A stretch of 64,000 nucleotides of DNA from an uncultured Planctomycetaceae bacterium (GTDB lineage: Bacteria; Planctomycetota; UBA8742; UBA2392): contig CAZZBH010000002.1 in the NCBI GenBank assembly GCA_964652605.1, positions 5,956-69,955 of the forward strand, in the 5' to 3' direction. Of this stretch, positions 1 through 9,087 are shown piece by piece. The notes under the pieces are model-generated. The model worked only from the letters and a program-made list of their open reading frames with translations. It was not told the DNA's origin and ran no database searches. The position numbers were made by a program, and so were the translations under genes. The stretch's first letter is position 1, and every line of letters begins with the position of its first letter.

Positions 1-1188
1 CCAGACGTTGGGCGAGCCGTTGGTGTACGTCAGTGTCGTCGCCGGAGTGGCGTTGTAAGTGGGCTTGGTCGCCCAGGTTACCAGCATCTCGTCCCATGCC
101 TGCGTGATCTCGTTGATCTCCCAGATGTGTCCGGTGACGGTGTTGGCACGGTGCCATGCCTCAAAGCGGGCCGTGGTCACCACCGCTGTCGTCGTAATCG
201 AAGTCAGGTCAAACGCCACCAGCGCTTCCTGCGTGACGTTGCCGGACCAGTTGACCGTGATGTCAGAGTACGTTCCACGATTCTCGTTCGGCGCGCCGTC
301 GCGCACGTGCGTGTCTTTTCCGAGCACTGAGTCCGGCTGCACCGAGAATGTCGGGTCAATGCGCACCGGCCAGCTGCGGTTTTCGGCCAGGGCCCATGAC
401 GTTTCAATTGTCATGCTGAGGAAGAGCTTGTCCTCGTCCACGCGCACGCCAAGCTCGCCCGCCACGGCTTCACCCGCGGCGTCGGTTGCGATCACGGCAC
501 CGATTTCATACACGCATTCGCCAGCCTTGTTCAGAAAGCGAACGCGCGTCGGCGCGTCGGTGACCCGGGCGGTGAGGCCCTCCGGAATCGTGACGCAGAA
601 CTCGCCGCCGATTCGTGCCGTTTCTTCGTAATCGTTCAGCGCGATTCGCTCAAGCACCAGGTTGTGCTTCAGGCGGTCGCTATCGACGATGTACTCGTCA
701 ACCACGCCACTGAACAGCGCGGGGTAGTGCACGGTTGAGTCACCGTGCAGCACCGCATGTGCAGCCTGCGGCTGTGCGTCGCGCAACGTCTGCCCCAGCG
801 CGCCGAGGCCAATAAAGCGCACGGGCGTCATCGTGACCGCCGGCTGACCGATGCCCTGCAGCACCACGCCTTGCTCAGCGGAATGGGCGAAGCGCGTCTG
901 CAAACCGTTGGTCAGGTTAATGAAGGCGTGCTCGTCGCCCTTGTGAAGTCTAGTGTCGATCGGGTGCCATTGTCCGCGCGCGTCGAGGTAGTTCTGCGGG
1001 CGAATGGTAATGACCGCCTTAAGGCTGCCGTCGGGATTTCGGTAGTGCGTCGAGACGCGTGTTCGAAACGCAACCGGCAAGCCGGCACCTTCGGTCGTTG
1101 ACTGCTGCGCAGCCAGTTCCGCCCCGAGTGCCGCAACCAGCAGCACCGCGCAGGAAGCGGTCAGGAATGTGGTGCTAAATCGATTCAT
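1..1188 (-). CDS. Secreted hypothetical protein with N-terminal signal peptide. The start ATG is at 1188-1186 and the ORF stays open to the window edge, so the 3' end is truncated by the window. Not in the supplied ORF track.
   Basis: Manual reverse-complement translation from 1188 gives MNRFSTTFLTASCAVLLVAALGAELAAQQ... with no stop for ~396 codons down to position 1. It has a hydrophobic signal-peptide-like N-terminus. Sense-strand track ORFs 59-631 and 745-1101 are short and overlapping. A C-terminal region (..VAFDLTSITT..ARFEAWH..WDEMLVTWATKP) resembles beta-sandwich carbohydrate-binding/DNRLRE-type secreted domains. Confidence 0.5.
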   Translation of the reverse strand, partial: MNRFSTTFLTASCAVLLVAALGAELAAQQSTTEGAGLPVAFRTRVSTHYRNPDGSLKAVITIRPQNYLDARGQWHPIDTRLHKGDEHAFINLTNGLQTRFAHSAEQGVVLQGIGQPAVTMTPVRFIGLGALGQTLRDAQPQAAHAVLHGDSTVHYPALFSGVVDEYIVDSDRLKHNLVLERIALNDYEETARIGGEFCVTIPEGLTARVTDAPTRVRFLNKAGECVYEIGAVIATDAAGEAVAGELGVRVDEDKLFLSMTIETSWALAENRSWPVRIDPTFSVQPDSVLGKDTHVRDGAPNENRGTYSDITVNWSGNVTQEALVAFDLTSITTTAVVTTARFEAWHRANTVTGHIWEINEITQAWDEMLVTWATKPTYNATPATTLTYTNGSPNVW

Positions 1189-1656
1189 GGCTTCACCCCA
1201 AGTTAGAATGAACTTAACCCGGTCACCCCGCGACCCACTGCGCGATGTGATAGGCAAGATGCCGGACTACCGGGTTTCTTAATGGGGGCAATGCTAGAGT
1301 TCAGGACGGCGCGACTGCAACGACAAAATGGCCTCGACTACGACGCGACGGAGTAAACTCACACACGCAGTTGCGGGCATGAAGTGTCGAACATGGGACA
1401 GTGGCGCCAGGAGTAGTTTCTGGACGATGAGTCTTTGCAACAATCCAGGCGGTTGTCGCGGCAGGCGCCAAGCTCCTCTCGGCAGCGGATGCGCAGGAAT
1501 GAAACACACGGCTCACGGAACCAAAGGGCTGCGCGCGCCTCAATTGGGGGGCGCGGTAGTGGCTTGCCTCTTCGATATCAGGAGGTTGCGGCCATTGCCA
1601 TCCCAGCAGTGCCATCCCATAGAACGAGAACGACCCGCTGGCGCGGGCCGTTTTCG

Positions 1657-1732
1657 TGGTGGACCTGAGGGGACTCGAACCCCTGACCTATGCATTGCGA
1701 ACGCATCGCTCTACCAACTGAGCTACAGGCCC
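1657..1732 (-). tRNA. tRNA-Ala (anticodon CGC), CCA encoded
   Basis: The reverse complement GGGCCTGTAGCTCAGTTGGTAGAGCGATGCGTTCGCAATGCATAGGTCAGGGGTTCGAGTCCCCTCAGGTCCACCA folds as a cloverleaf. It has the G3:U70 Ala identity pair, anticodon loop TTCGCAA and a T-loop TTCGAGT. Confidence 0.85.
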
Positions 1733-1826
1733 ATCGCGTGCGGAAAGGTACTTTTGCCGGCGACTCGCGCAACGGGGGATTTCCCGCCGCCTGATTCTGG
1801 ATAGGCTCAATCCCGGGGTCCAGGTC

Positions 1827-2864
1827 ATGTCCGAATCAGCCGATCCGCCGAACACGCGGTCTCGCATCCTGGCCGTTTCGGCACCCTATGCAATTACGAT
1901 TCTGGCACTGATGGCCCTGGCTGCGTTGTTGCCTGCAGGGCGACACACCGACGCTTCCCAGGACGACATCGCGCGGCAAGCCGGTTTGCGTGTCCTGGGT
2001 GCTGCTCGCGGATACGCTACTACGGCGCTCTGGCTTCGCGCGGGCGACGCCTATCGCCGTGGCGATTACCTTGAAACGCTTGCCGCCTACCAGCTGATCG
2101 CCGAGTTACAGCCGCGAAACCCGGCAGTGTACAGCTACACCGCCTGGAACCAGGCCTACAACATCAGCGCGCCGTACCCGGAGCGGGAAAAGCGCGTCGA
2201 GTGGGTGATTCGCGGACTGGCAACGCTGCATCTGGGGCAGGACCGGATGCCGCGCGAGGCATCGCTGCGCATGGATGAGTGGCACCTGTTGCTCAATCGC
2301 ACAGCGATTTATCCCCTGGAGTTGTTGTGGGCTGCACAGAAACGCCATGCAACGGCAGATAAACGCTGGTCGCTGGTGGTAAGCGATCTGCGGCGCCAAC
2401 TGGAGGAGTTGCCACCCGCGGATCGTGAACAGCTCGACGCATTCCTCGATGAGCACGGCCTTCACGCCGCGGCGCTGGCGATGCTGGGCAACGCGCAGGA
2501 AGAGTGGGAGCGCGAGCTGGCCCTGGCATACTCAGCGCTGGATCCGCGTATTCAGCAACTGCTTGCGCTCACGCATTGGTGCCGGATGCACGCAATGATG
2601 CTGGCGCTGCAACCAGCCCTGAGAATGACGCCGCGCCCGGCCTCGGTTGAGATCGCGCTGGTCAACACGGTACGGCTGGCGTGGCTTGGCTGCGACGACG
2701 CCCTGCTGGAGATCTACGGCAAGGAATACCGAGAAGTAGTTGCAAGGGCCGTGCGCGCGGGTATAGAGAACGCCCGTCGCGTCGGGGGAGATGAGCAGGT
2801 CGCCTATTTCCTGTCCCACGTGGCGGAAAATCTGTCCGACGTACCGGGGCTGGCCCCGGACTGA
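1827..2864 (+). CDS. Hypothetical membrane-anchored protein
   Basis: A 345-aa ORF with coding-like composition and a hydrophobic N-terminal segment (AITILALMALAALLPAG). I recognise no family. Confidence 0.4.
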   Translation: MSESADPPNTRSRILAVSAPYAITILALMALAALLPAGRHTDASQDDIARQAGLRVLGAARGYATTALWLRAGDAYRRGDYLETLAAYQLIAELQPRNPAVYSYTAWNQAYNISAPYPEREKRVEWVIRGLATLHLGQDRMPREASLRMDEWHLLLNRTAIYPLELLWAAQKRHATADKRWSLVVSDLRRQLEELPPADREQLDAFLDEHGLHAAALAMLGNAQEEWERELALAYSALDPRIQQLLALTHWCRMHAMMLALQPALRMTPRPASVEIALVNTVRLAWLGCDDALLEIYGKEYREVVARAVRAGIENARRVGGDEQVAYFLSHVAENLSDVPGLAPD

Positions 2865-2890
2865 CCGAGTGGAACGAGCAGGAGACATCG

Positions 2891-5518
2891 ATGATCGTAT
2901 CTTTGCGTGGCCGCAGGCATTCCGTTTCGCCGCATAAGCTGATGCTGGCCGCAGCCCTTGTGGTTGCCGGCCTGGCGGTTTCAATCGCAGCCATCACGCA
3001 TGCGGACGGGCCGCGGGCCTTCTTTGACCTTGCGCCGCAGTTTGACCGCGCTGCCGTTGCACTTGGCATTCAGGACAGCCAGGTCGAGCAGGTTGCCGCC
3101 ACGCATGAGTGGGTCACCGGCACCGTTGAGGTGAACAACAACTCGCACTTCTGGGCGTCGTGGGACAACATACTGTACGGCATCTTCACCGTGCTGATCG
3201 GGCTGATTGGCGCCGCGCTGGCGCTGCTGACCGCTAAGAAATTCTTCGGTAAAGTCCGCGAAGCCGCGCCCGGCAACGAGAGGATGCAGGAAATCGCTGA
3301 GGCTGTGCGCGAAGGCGCCATGGCCTACCTGAACCGCCAGAGGCGCGTGGTTCTGATCGCGCTGGCGGCCACGGCTGTGGTGATCACGGTGATCAACCTT
3401 GCCGGCGCCCATTGGTGGCTTTCTTTCTTCATCTTCTTCGGTGTGCTGACCGGCGGCGCGTGCAGCTTTGCCACCGGCTGGTTCGGCATGCGCACTGCCA
3501 CCATGGCAAGCAATCGCACTGCCTGGGCCTGCAAGGAAGGTGGCTTGAACGCCGGCTTGCAGGTGGCGTTCAAGGCGGGCGCCGTCATGGGCCTGAGCGT
3601 TGTCGGTATCGGCCTGGCTTTCGTGTCGATCTGGTTTCTGTTGATGGCGGGAGTTGTGGACCCGATTGCCAAAGACATCAACATGAATGACGTCGCCAAC
3701 GCGATGATCACCTTCGGCCTGGGTGCTTCACTGGTCGCATTGTTTGCGCGTGTCGGCGGCGGCATCTTTACCAAGGCGGCCGACGTCGGCGGCGACCTGG
3801 TCGGCAAGGTGGAAGCGGGCATCCCCGAAGACGACCCGCGCAACCCAGCCACCATCGCGGATAACGTCGGCGACAACGTCGGCGACGTGGCGGGCATGGG
3901 CGCTGACCTGTACGAGTCTTACGTCGGATCGATCCTGGCGGCCATTGCGCTTTCCTGGAGTGCGTCCATGGCCCTGGGCCGCAGCCCGTTTGCCTTCGTG
4001 TTTGCCGCCGTTGCGATTGCCGGCTTCGGCATCGTGCTGTCGGTAGTCGGCACGGGACAGGTCAAGACCAAGGACGGCGCGTCTCTGCACGAGCTGCTGG
4101 GTGCCCTGCACCGCGGCGTGAACTTTGCGTCGGTCGGGGTGGCCGCGGTTGCGCTGGTCATCTGCATGCTGGCTTTCGGCCCCGGCGGATTCGGCATGGG
4201 TATCATGATGTGGCTGGCCGTGTGCGTGGGTCTGGCAGCCGGCTTGATTATCGCCTGGGGGTCAGAGCGCTACACCGCCTACGACTACGCACCAACCCAA
4301 AGCGTCGCCAGGCAGTCGGTGACCGGCCCGGCGACGGTAATCATCGGCGGGCTGGCAGTCGGCATGCTTTCGACGTGGATCCCCATCATCACGGTGGCGG
4401 TCGCAACGCTGCTTGCGTTCGGTTTCGGCGGCGGGTTTGCGGAGCCTGCAGCCGGCTTGTACGCGGTAGCGCTGGCGGCAGTCGGCATGCTGAGCACGCT
4501 GGGCATCACGCTGGCCACCGACGCGTACGGCCCCATCGCCGACAACGCGGGCGGCAACGCCGAGATGTCCAAGCTGCCGCCGGAAGTACGCGAGCGCACG
4601 GACGCGCTGGACAGCCTGGGCAACACCACGGCGGCCATCGGCAAGGGCTTTGCGATCGGCAGTGCCGCGCTCACGGCGCTGGCGCTGATTGCGAGCTATC
4701 AGGACTCGATCGGGTCTCTGATCATGGCCAAGGGGGACATCTTCTTCCGCTTCTCCAACCTGGGGATCACTTCGCCGGCGGTCATCATCGGCCTGTTCAT
4801 CGGCGCGCTGCTGGTGTTTGTGTTCAGTGCGCTGACGATGCGGGCAGTCGGAGACGCCGCCAAGGACATGGTGGAAGAAGTGCGCCGCCAGTTCCGCGAG
4901 ATTCCGGGTATCATGGAAGGCACAGGCAAGCCCGACTACGCCCGCTGCGTGGACATCTCCACGACTGCCGCGCTGAAGAAAATGATGGTGCCATCGCTGA
5001 TTGCAGTTGCCGGGCCCATCTTGACGGGCGTGTTGTTTGGCGCGGGCGCGGTGTTCGGCCTGCTGGCTGGCGGCCTGGCCGCCGGATTTGCGATGGCTGT
5101 CATGATGGCCAACGCGGGCGGCGCGTGGGATAACGCCAAGAAGTGGGTGGAAAAAGGGGGATTGGCTGAGGCATTCATTGCCGACGGCACCTACAACCCG
5201 GACGTCGAGGACAAAGACCTGGCACCGGTAAAGGCTGACCAGGGCGGACCGGACGGGGAAGGCGAAGGCGCTGAGGCCGCACCCGCACCGAAAAGGAAGT
5301 ACGCCAAGTACGTGAAGGGCTCCAACGAGCACAAGGCAACTGTGGTCGGCGACACGGTGGGTGACCCGTTCAAGGACACCAGCGGCCCGTCGCTGAACAT
5401 CCTGATCAAGCTGATGAGCATGGTGGCCATCGGCACGGTCGCGCTGACGATGTTTGTCAACGATGGCAACGGCTTGCTGCCGTGGATCTTCGAGGCGATC
5501 TTCACGACCAGCAAGTAA
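2891..5518 (+). CDS. hppA: K+-insensitive H+-translocating (V-type) inorganic pyrophosphatase
   Basis: Hallmark H+-PPase motifs are present: GGIFTKAADVGGDLVGKVEAGIPEDDPRNPATIADNVGDNVGDVAGMGADLYESY and KATVVGDTVGDPFKDTSGPSLNILIKL. The protein has many transmembrane segments. An extra ~40-aa Gly/acidic insertion (..PDVEDKDLAPVKADQGGPDGEGEGAEAAPAPKRK..) sits before the last conserved block, and the true start may be downstream of 2891. Confidence 0.9.
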   Translation: MIVSLRGRRHSVSPHKLMLAAALVVAGLAVSIAAITHADGPRAFFDLAPQFDRAAVALGIQDSQVEQVAATHEWVTGTVEVNNNSHFWASWDNILYGIFTVLIGLIGAALALLTAKKFFGKVREAAPGNERMQEIAEAVREGAMAYLNRQRRVVLIALAATAVVITVINLAGAHWWLSFFIFFGVLTGGACSFATGWFGMRTATMASNRTAWACKEGGLNAGLQVAFKAGAVMGLSVVGIGLAFVSIWFLLMAGVVDPIAKDINMNDVANAMITFGLGASLVALFARVGGGIFTKAADVGGDLVGKVEAGIPEDDPRNPATIADNVGDNVGDVAGMGADLYESYVGSILAAIALSWSASMALGRSPFAFVFAAVAIAGFGIVLSVVGTGQVKTKDGASLHELLGALHRGVNFASVGVAAVALVICMLAFGPGGFGMGIMMWLAVCVGLAAGLIIAWGSERYTAYDYAPTQSVARQSVTGPATVIIGGLAVGMLSTWIPIITVAVATLLAFGFGGGFAEPAAGLYAVALAAVGMLSTLGITLATDAYGPIADNAGGNAEMSKLPPEVRERTDALDSLGNTTAAIGKGFAIGSAALTALALIASYQDSIGSLIMAKGDIFFRFSNLGITSPAVIIGLFIGALLVFVFSALTMRAVGDAAKDMVEEVRRQFREIPGIMEGTGKPDYARCVDISTTAALKKMMVPSLIAVAGPILTGVLFGAGAVFGLLAGGLAAGFAMAVMMANAGGAWDNAKKWVEKGGLAEAFIADGTYNPDVEDKDLAPVKADQGGPDGEGEGAEAAPAPKRKYAKYVKGSNEHKATVVGDTVGDPFKDTSGPSLNILIKLMSMVAIGTVALTMFVNDGNGLLPWIFEAIFTTSK

Positions 5519-5535
5519 CGACCTGGAATCACACA

Positions 5536-5562
5536 GGGGCGCGGGAGACTTTCCCGCGCCCC
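5536..5562 (+). terminator. Perfect 11-bp GC-rich hairpin downstream of hppA, a putative intrinsic terminator lacking a U-tract
   Basis: GGGGCGCGGGA-GACTT-TCCCGCGCCCC begins 18 nt after the hppA stop. Confidence 0.4.
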
Positions 5563-5625
5563 ATGCCATTTGCGCCACGCCCCGGTGCGGGAACGTCGTC
5601 GCCGGGTTTGGTATAACGGGCGGTT

Positions 5626-6693
5626 ATGCGCAAGCTGGCCCTCGTGCTGCTGCTGTGTTCGCCGCTTGGCGCCGTGACCTTCGGCGGCGGGCCGGGCGAC
5701 GGCATCCTGCATGTCCGTGAGATCGCGGCACAGATCAGCATTCACCCCGAGGGCGAGTACATGCGCGCCGACTACGCCTGTGCTCTGTTGTTGTTCAACC
5801 CGGGCGAGGGCGGCGAGTTTCGGCTGCTGGACACGGCCCCGGATGTCGAGTTGAGCGTTGACGGCCGGCGCCTCCTCGGCGAGCGGCGCCAGGGCGGGCG
5901 CACCGAATGGCGTGTCCAAATCCCGTCGCAGGGCACGTTGCGCGTGGTCAGTGCCAGCCGCCTGTCACCCCGGCGCCTGCCGCAGACTCATGTGCTGGGT
6001 GTGTGGCGGGTGGAAGTGCCCCTCGCCCGCGTGCGAGGCTTCGCGGCTACGCCCGTTTCGGCTGCGGTCTCATTGCACTGGCGCGACATACCCGCTGAGT
6101 GCTTTGGTGCGCTGCCCGGCGAGTCATCGCGCAGGATGACGCTGGATTTTACCGAGCAGAAGAACGAGCCCCTTGAGTGGAAGGCAATCTCGTCGGCCCA
6201 GCGAAAGGAAGAGTTGCGAGTCGTGATCGACGCGACTGAAGAAGATCGGCGCACGCATGACAACCGACTCTACACCGAGGCGCTCGTGACACTCGCAGAG
6301 GTGCTTTGGCTTCGCGGCGAACATGAACAGGTCGCCAAAGTCTGCGCGGAATTGACAAGGCTTGAAGAAGCAGGCGGGGCAGCCATCACGCACTGCGGCC
6401 CCTGGGCACGCTGGCGACGGCACGTTCCCTGGCCATTGCAAAGGCTTGAGGCCCTGGATGCCGCCGGTAAAGCGACCGAAGCGGCTGCGGGCATCGTCGC
6501 GCAGGTTACGCCGGTGTGGGAGGCATACACCCGTGCAAAGGCGCAGCCGCGACCGTTTGATGACCTTGGCCCGGCGCGTTTCGGAAATTACTGGGATTAC
6601 GACTGGCATCGGACAGCACGCTTGTATGCGCGCGCCCTGGAACTTTCGGGCAAGCCTGAGCAGGCGGCCGCCATCATCAAGGAGCACGAATGA
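5626..6693 (+). CDS. Secreted hypothetical protein (signal peptide)
   Basis: The N-terminus MRKLALVLLLCSPLGAVTFGG looks like a signal peptide. Its stop overlaps the next start (ATGA at 6690), which suggests translational coupling. Confidence 0.5.
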   Translation: MRKLALVLLLCSPLGAVTFGGGPGDGILHVREIAAQISIHPEGEYMRADYACALLLFNPGEGGEFRLLDTAPDVELSVDGRRLLGERRQGGRTEWRVQIPSQGTLRVVSASRLSPRRLPQTHVLGVWRVEVPLARVRGFAATPVSAAVSLHWRDIPAECFGALPGESSRRMTLDFTEQKNEPLEWKAISSAQRKEELRVVIDATEEDRRTHDNRLYTEALVTLAEVLWLRGEHEQVAKVCAELTRLEEAGGAAITHCGPWARWRRHVPWPLQRLEALDAAGKATEAAAGIVAQVTPVWEAYTRAKAQPRPFDDLGPARFGNYWDYDWHRTARLYARALELSGKPEQAAAIIKEHE

Positions 6694-8363
6694 CGCTGCG
6701 CTGCATGTTGTTGCTGTGCCTGATTGCCGCGCCGCTGTGGGCCAATGCAGACGCCGACTACCAGGCGCTGCTCGATGATTTCAAGGGCAAGCGCTGGTCG
6801 GAGGCGCTTGCGCGAGCCGAGGCCTTCATTGAAAAGCATCCGGAACACAGGTACCTGGACGCGGCGCACTACATGGGTGCCAACGCCGGGCTCAATGCCA
6901 GACAGCACGACCGGGCCGAGGCGCTGTACAGGGCCATGCTGGAAAAACACGCCGACAGCCGGCACATCGAAAAGGCGCGCAACGAGCTCGTCAGCGTACT
7001 GGAGGACAGCCGCAAGCTGCAGGAGTGCATCGTTCAATGCGAAGCGAACCTCAAGGCCGCAGCCACATCGCGCTACGCAGAGCGCTGGCAGTACCTGATT
7101 GGCGCGTGCAATTTCCGGTTGTGGGAATTCAAGAAGGCAGAGCTGCAGCTGAGTGAGTTCATCAAGCAGCATCCGACTTCAAGCTACGTACGTTCGGCAC
7201 GCAACTATCTGCAACAGATCAACCCGCCGCTGAAGCTGGACGACAGCGGCATCGTCAAGGGCTACGGCGGCAAGTTTACCGAAGATGTTCGCTTCCGGCG
7301 TGCCCTGGAAAACCTGCCAAAGTACGTGGCTGAAGCGTGGGATGTACTCAAACGCACGTTGGGGGTTGACCTCAAGGGTGCCCAGGTGGTGTTCGAGTTT
7401 CGCGACAAGGGCTATTCGTCATCTGCCGCGCGAGCCATCACGGAGACCATCGCCGTTGATTACAAGCCGTTCACGCGCATGGTCTTCTACACAGAGTACA
7501 TCGTGACCAGCGAGGCCGACTTTCGCAGCCGCGTAATTCACGAGCTCAAGCATGCCGCCTTTCGCGACATCATGGGCCAGCAGTATCTGAACCTGCCCAA
7601 GTGGGTGCGCGAGGGACTGGCTGTCTATGGCGCCGAGCAACTCAATGATCGTGCCTCTGCCATTCTCAGCAACCGAATCTTCGGCGGACGCGACGCCCGC
7701 GCCGTGATCGACGGCTTGGATGACGCAGACCACAGCACCGAGGACTATCTCGAGGATGCCTGCGCCTTCCTGTGGCTGGAGTCGCGCGGCAAGGGCAACG
7801 TCCATACCTTTTGCCGCCGCCTGCTTCAAGGCCAAGCCCACGGCCCGCTGTTCGCCGAATTGGCGAAGATGGAACTTCCGGACGCTCTGGACGCCGCGTC
7901 TGCCTTTGCGGGCAAGTACATTGACGAACGCATGGGCAAAGCCGAAGCAGCCTACGCCGCCATCCGCAACGACGAAAACGCCGCCCGCCGGGCGCGGGCA
8001 GAGGTGGCGTGGTTCAGTGAAGGCGGCATTGCCCGGTACGAAGCCTGGCTGAAGAAAAATCCCGACCATGTGCTCACTGCGGACTGCCTGTACCGGCTTG
8101 GCAAGGCGCTGATCGCAACCGGCCGGCACGAAGCGGGTCGGGCGCGCATGGCACGGGTCGTCGCCGAGCATCAGTTGACCAGCACGATCTGCGACGACGC
8201 GATGTACTGGATTGCCCGCAGCTATGAACTTCAAGGCAGGCATGACCAGTCGGCTGCGACCTGGGGCGTGATTCTGCGCGACTATTCCTGGTCGAGGCCG
8301 GCGATCCAGCACAAGGACAAGTACAAGCCGGCTGGCCCCGTACGCGAGGCGGCTGGTGATTGA
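6690..8363 (+). CDS. Secreted TPR-repeat protein with an HExxH zinc-metallopeptidase-like motif
   Basis: It has a signal peptide (MTLRCMLLLCLIAAPLWANA) and TPR-like helical repeats at both ends. The motif VIHELKHAAF is HExxH. Confidence 0.5.
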   Translation: MTLRCMLLLCLIAAPLWANADADYQALLDDFKGKRWSEALARAEAFIEKHPEHRYLDAAHYMGANAGLNARQHDRAEALYRAMLEKHADSRHIEKARNELVSVLEDSRKLQECIVQCEANLKAAATSRYAERWQYLIGACNFRLWEFKKAELQLSEFIKQHPTSSYVRSARNYLQQINPPLKLDDSGIVKGYGGKFTEDVRFRRALENLPKYVAEAWDVLKRTLGVDLKGAQVVFEFRDKGYSSSAARAITETIAVDYKPFTRMVFYTEYIVTSEADFRSRVIHELKHAAFRDIMGQQYLNLPKWVREGLAVYGAEQLNDRASAILSNRIFGGRDARAVIDGLDDADHSTEDYLEDACAFLWLESRGKGNVHTFCRRLLQGQAHGPLFAELAKMELPDALDAASAFAGKYIDERMGKAEAAYAAIRNDENAARRARAEVAWFSEGGIARYEAWLKKNPDHVLTADCLYRLGKALIATGRHEAGRARMARVVAEHQLTSTICDDAMYWIARSYELQGRHDQSAATWGVILRDYSWSRPAIQHKDKYKPAGPVREAAGD

Positions 8364-9087
8364 GCTGACGCTGCCGGATCTCGCCATCGTTGGGGTGCTG
8401 GCGATCTCGATGCCGCTGGTATCGGCAGTCTATACCATTCCAAGGGTCCGCGCCCTGGCGCCGGAGATGCAGCACCAGATGCGGCCGAGCATCTACGTGC
8501 AGGCCATGGTCATGCAATGGCTGTTTGCCGGGGCGGCATTGTACGTCGTGGTGCTGCGGGGGCAGCCCTGGAGCGACATCGGGCTTGGTGCAATCGGCGT
8601 TCAGCAGCTTGTGTACGGTGCGCTTGTCCTGCTGGCGCTTGGCGCAGCGGTACTGTTCATGCGCCGAAGAGTCATGCAGCAGCCCCAGGGCGCAGCCGAG
8701 GTGCGCGCCGCGCTGGCACGGGTGGAGTTTATCCTGCCCCGGGGGAAGAGGCAGCGCCGCCTGTGGTGGCTGGTCTCGGCCCACGCTGGATGGGGCGAGG
8801 AACTGTTCTATCGCGGCTACCTGTTCGCGCTGCTTTGCTCACTGATGCCGGAAGCCGCAGCAGCCGTGGTCAGTACGGTAATGTTCGGACTGGCGCACGT
8901 GTACCAGGGCGTGCGCGGGATTGTGATGACGACAGTTCTGGGTGGCGTCTTCATGGGCATGTACCTGCTCAGCGGCAGCCTTGTGGTTCCCATGCTGGCG
9001 CATGCGCTGTACGACGTATATGCGGGCGAGCTTGGCTATTGGGCTTTCTCGCGCGATGATGATGCCGAGCGACCAGACAATTCTTGA
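8356..9087 (+). CDS. CPBP-family (CAAX/Abi-type) intramembrane metalloprotease
   Basis: Motifs EELFYRGYLF, FGLAHVYQG and HALYD match EExxxR / FxxxH / HxxxD. It is multi-pass hydrophobic. Confidence 0.7.
   Translation: MIELTLPDLAIVGVLAISMPLVSAVYTIPRVRALAPEMQHQMRPSIYVQAMVMQWLFAGAALYVVVLRGQPWSDIGLGAIGVQQLVYGALVLLALGAAVLFMRRRVMQQPQGAAEVRAALARVEFILPRGKRQRRLWWLVSAHAGWGEELFYRGYLFALLCSLMPEAAAAVVSTVMFGLAHVYQGVRGIVMTTVLGGVFMGMYLLSGSLVVPMLAHALYDVYAGELGYWAFSRDDDAERPDNS

Noticed and set aside
1328-1804. 158-aa plus ORF overlapping tRNA-Ala
   Set aside because: It overlaps a structurally validated tRNA on the opposite strand and shows no coding features.
4262-5578. 438-aa minus-strand ORF (and several others 3325-5190) inside hppA
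   Set aside because: They are antisense to a very well-supported hppA reading frame. The Arg/Gly/Ala-rich low-complexity translations are typical of high-GC antisense frames.
8942-9055. Track start of uvrC at 8942
   Set aside because: That start would overlap the CPBP protease gene by 146 nt. The conserved UvrC N-terminus begins at the MMMPSDQ Met cluster (9056).
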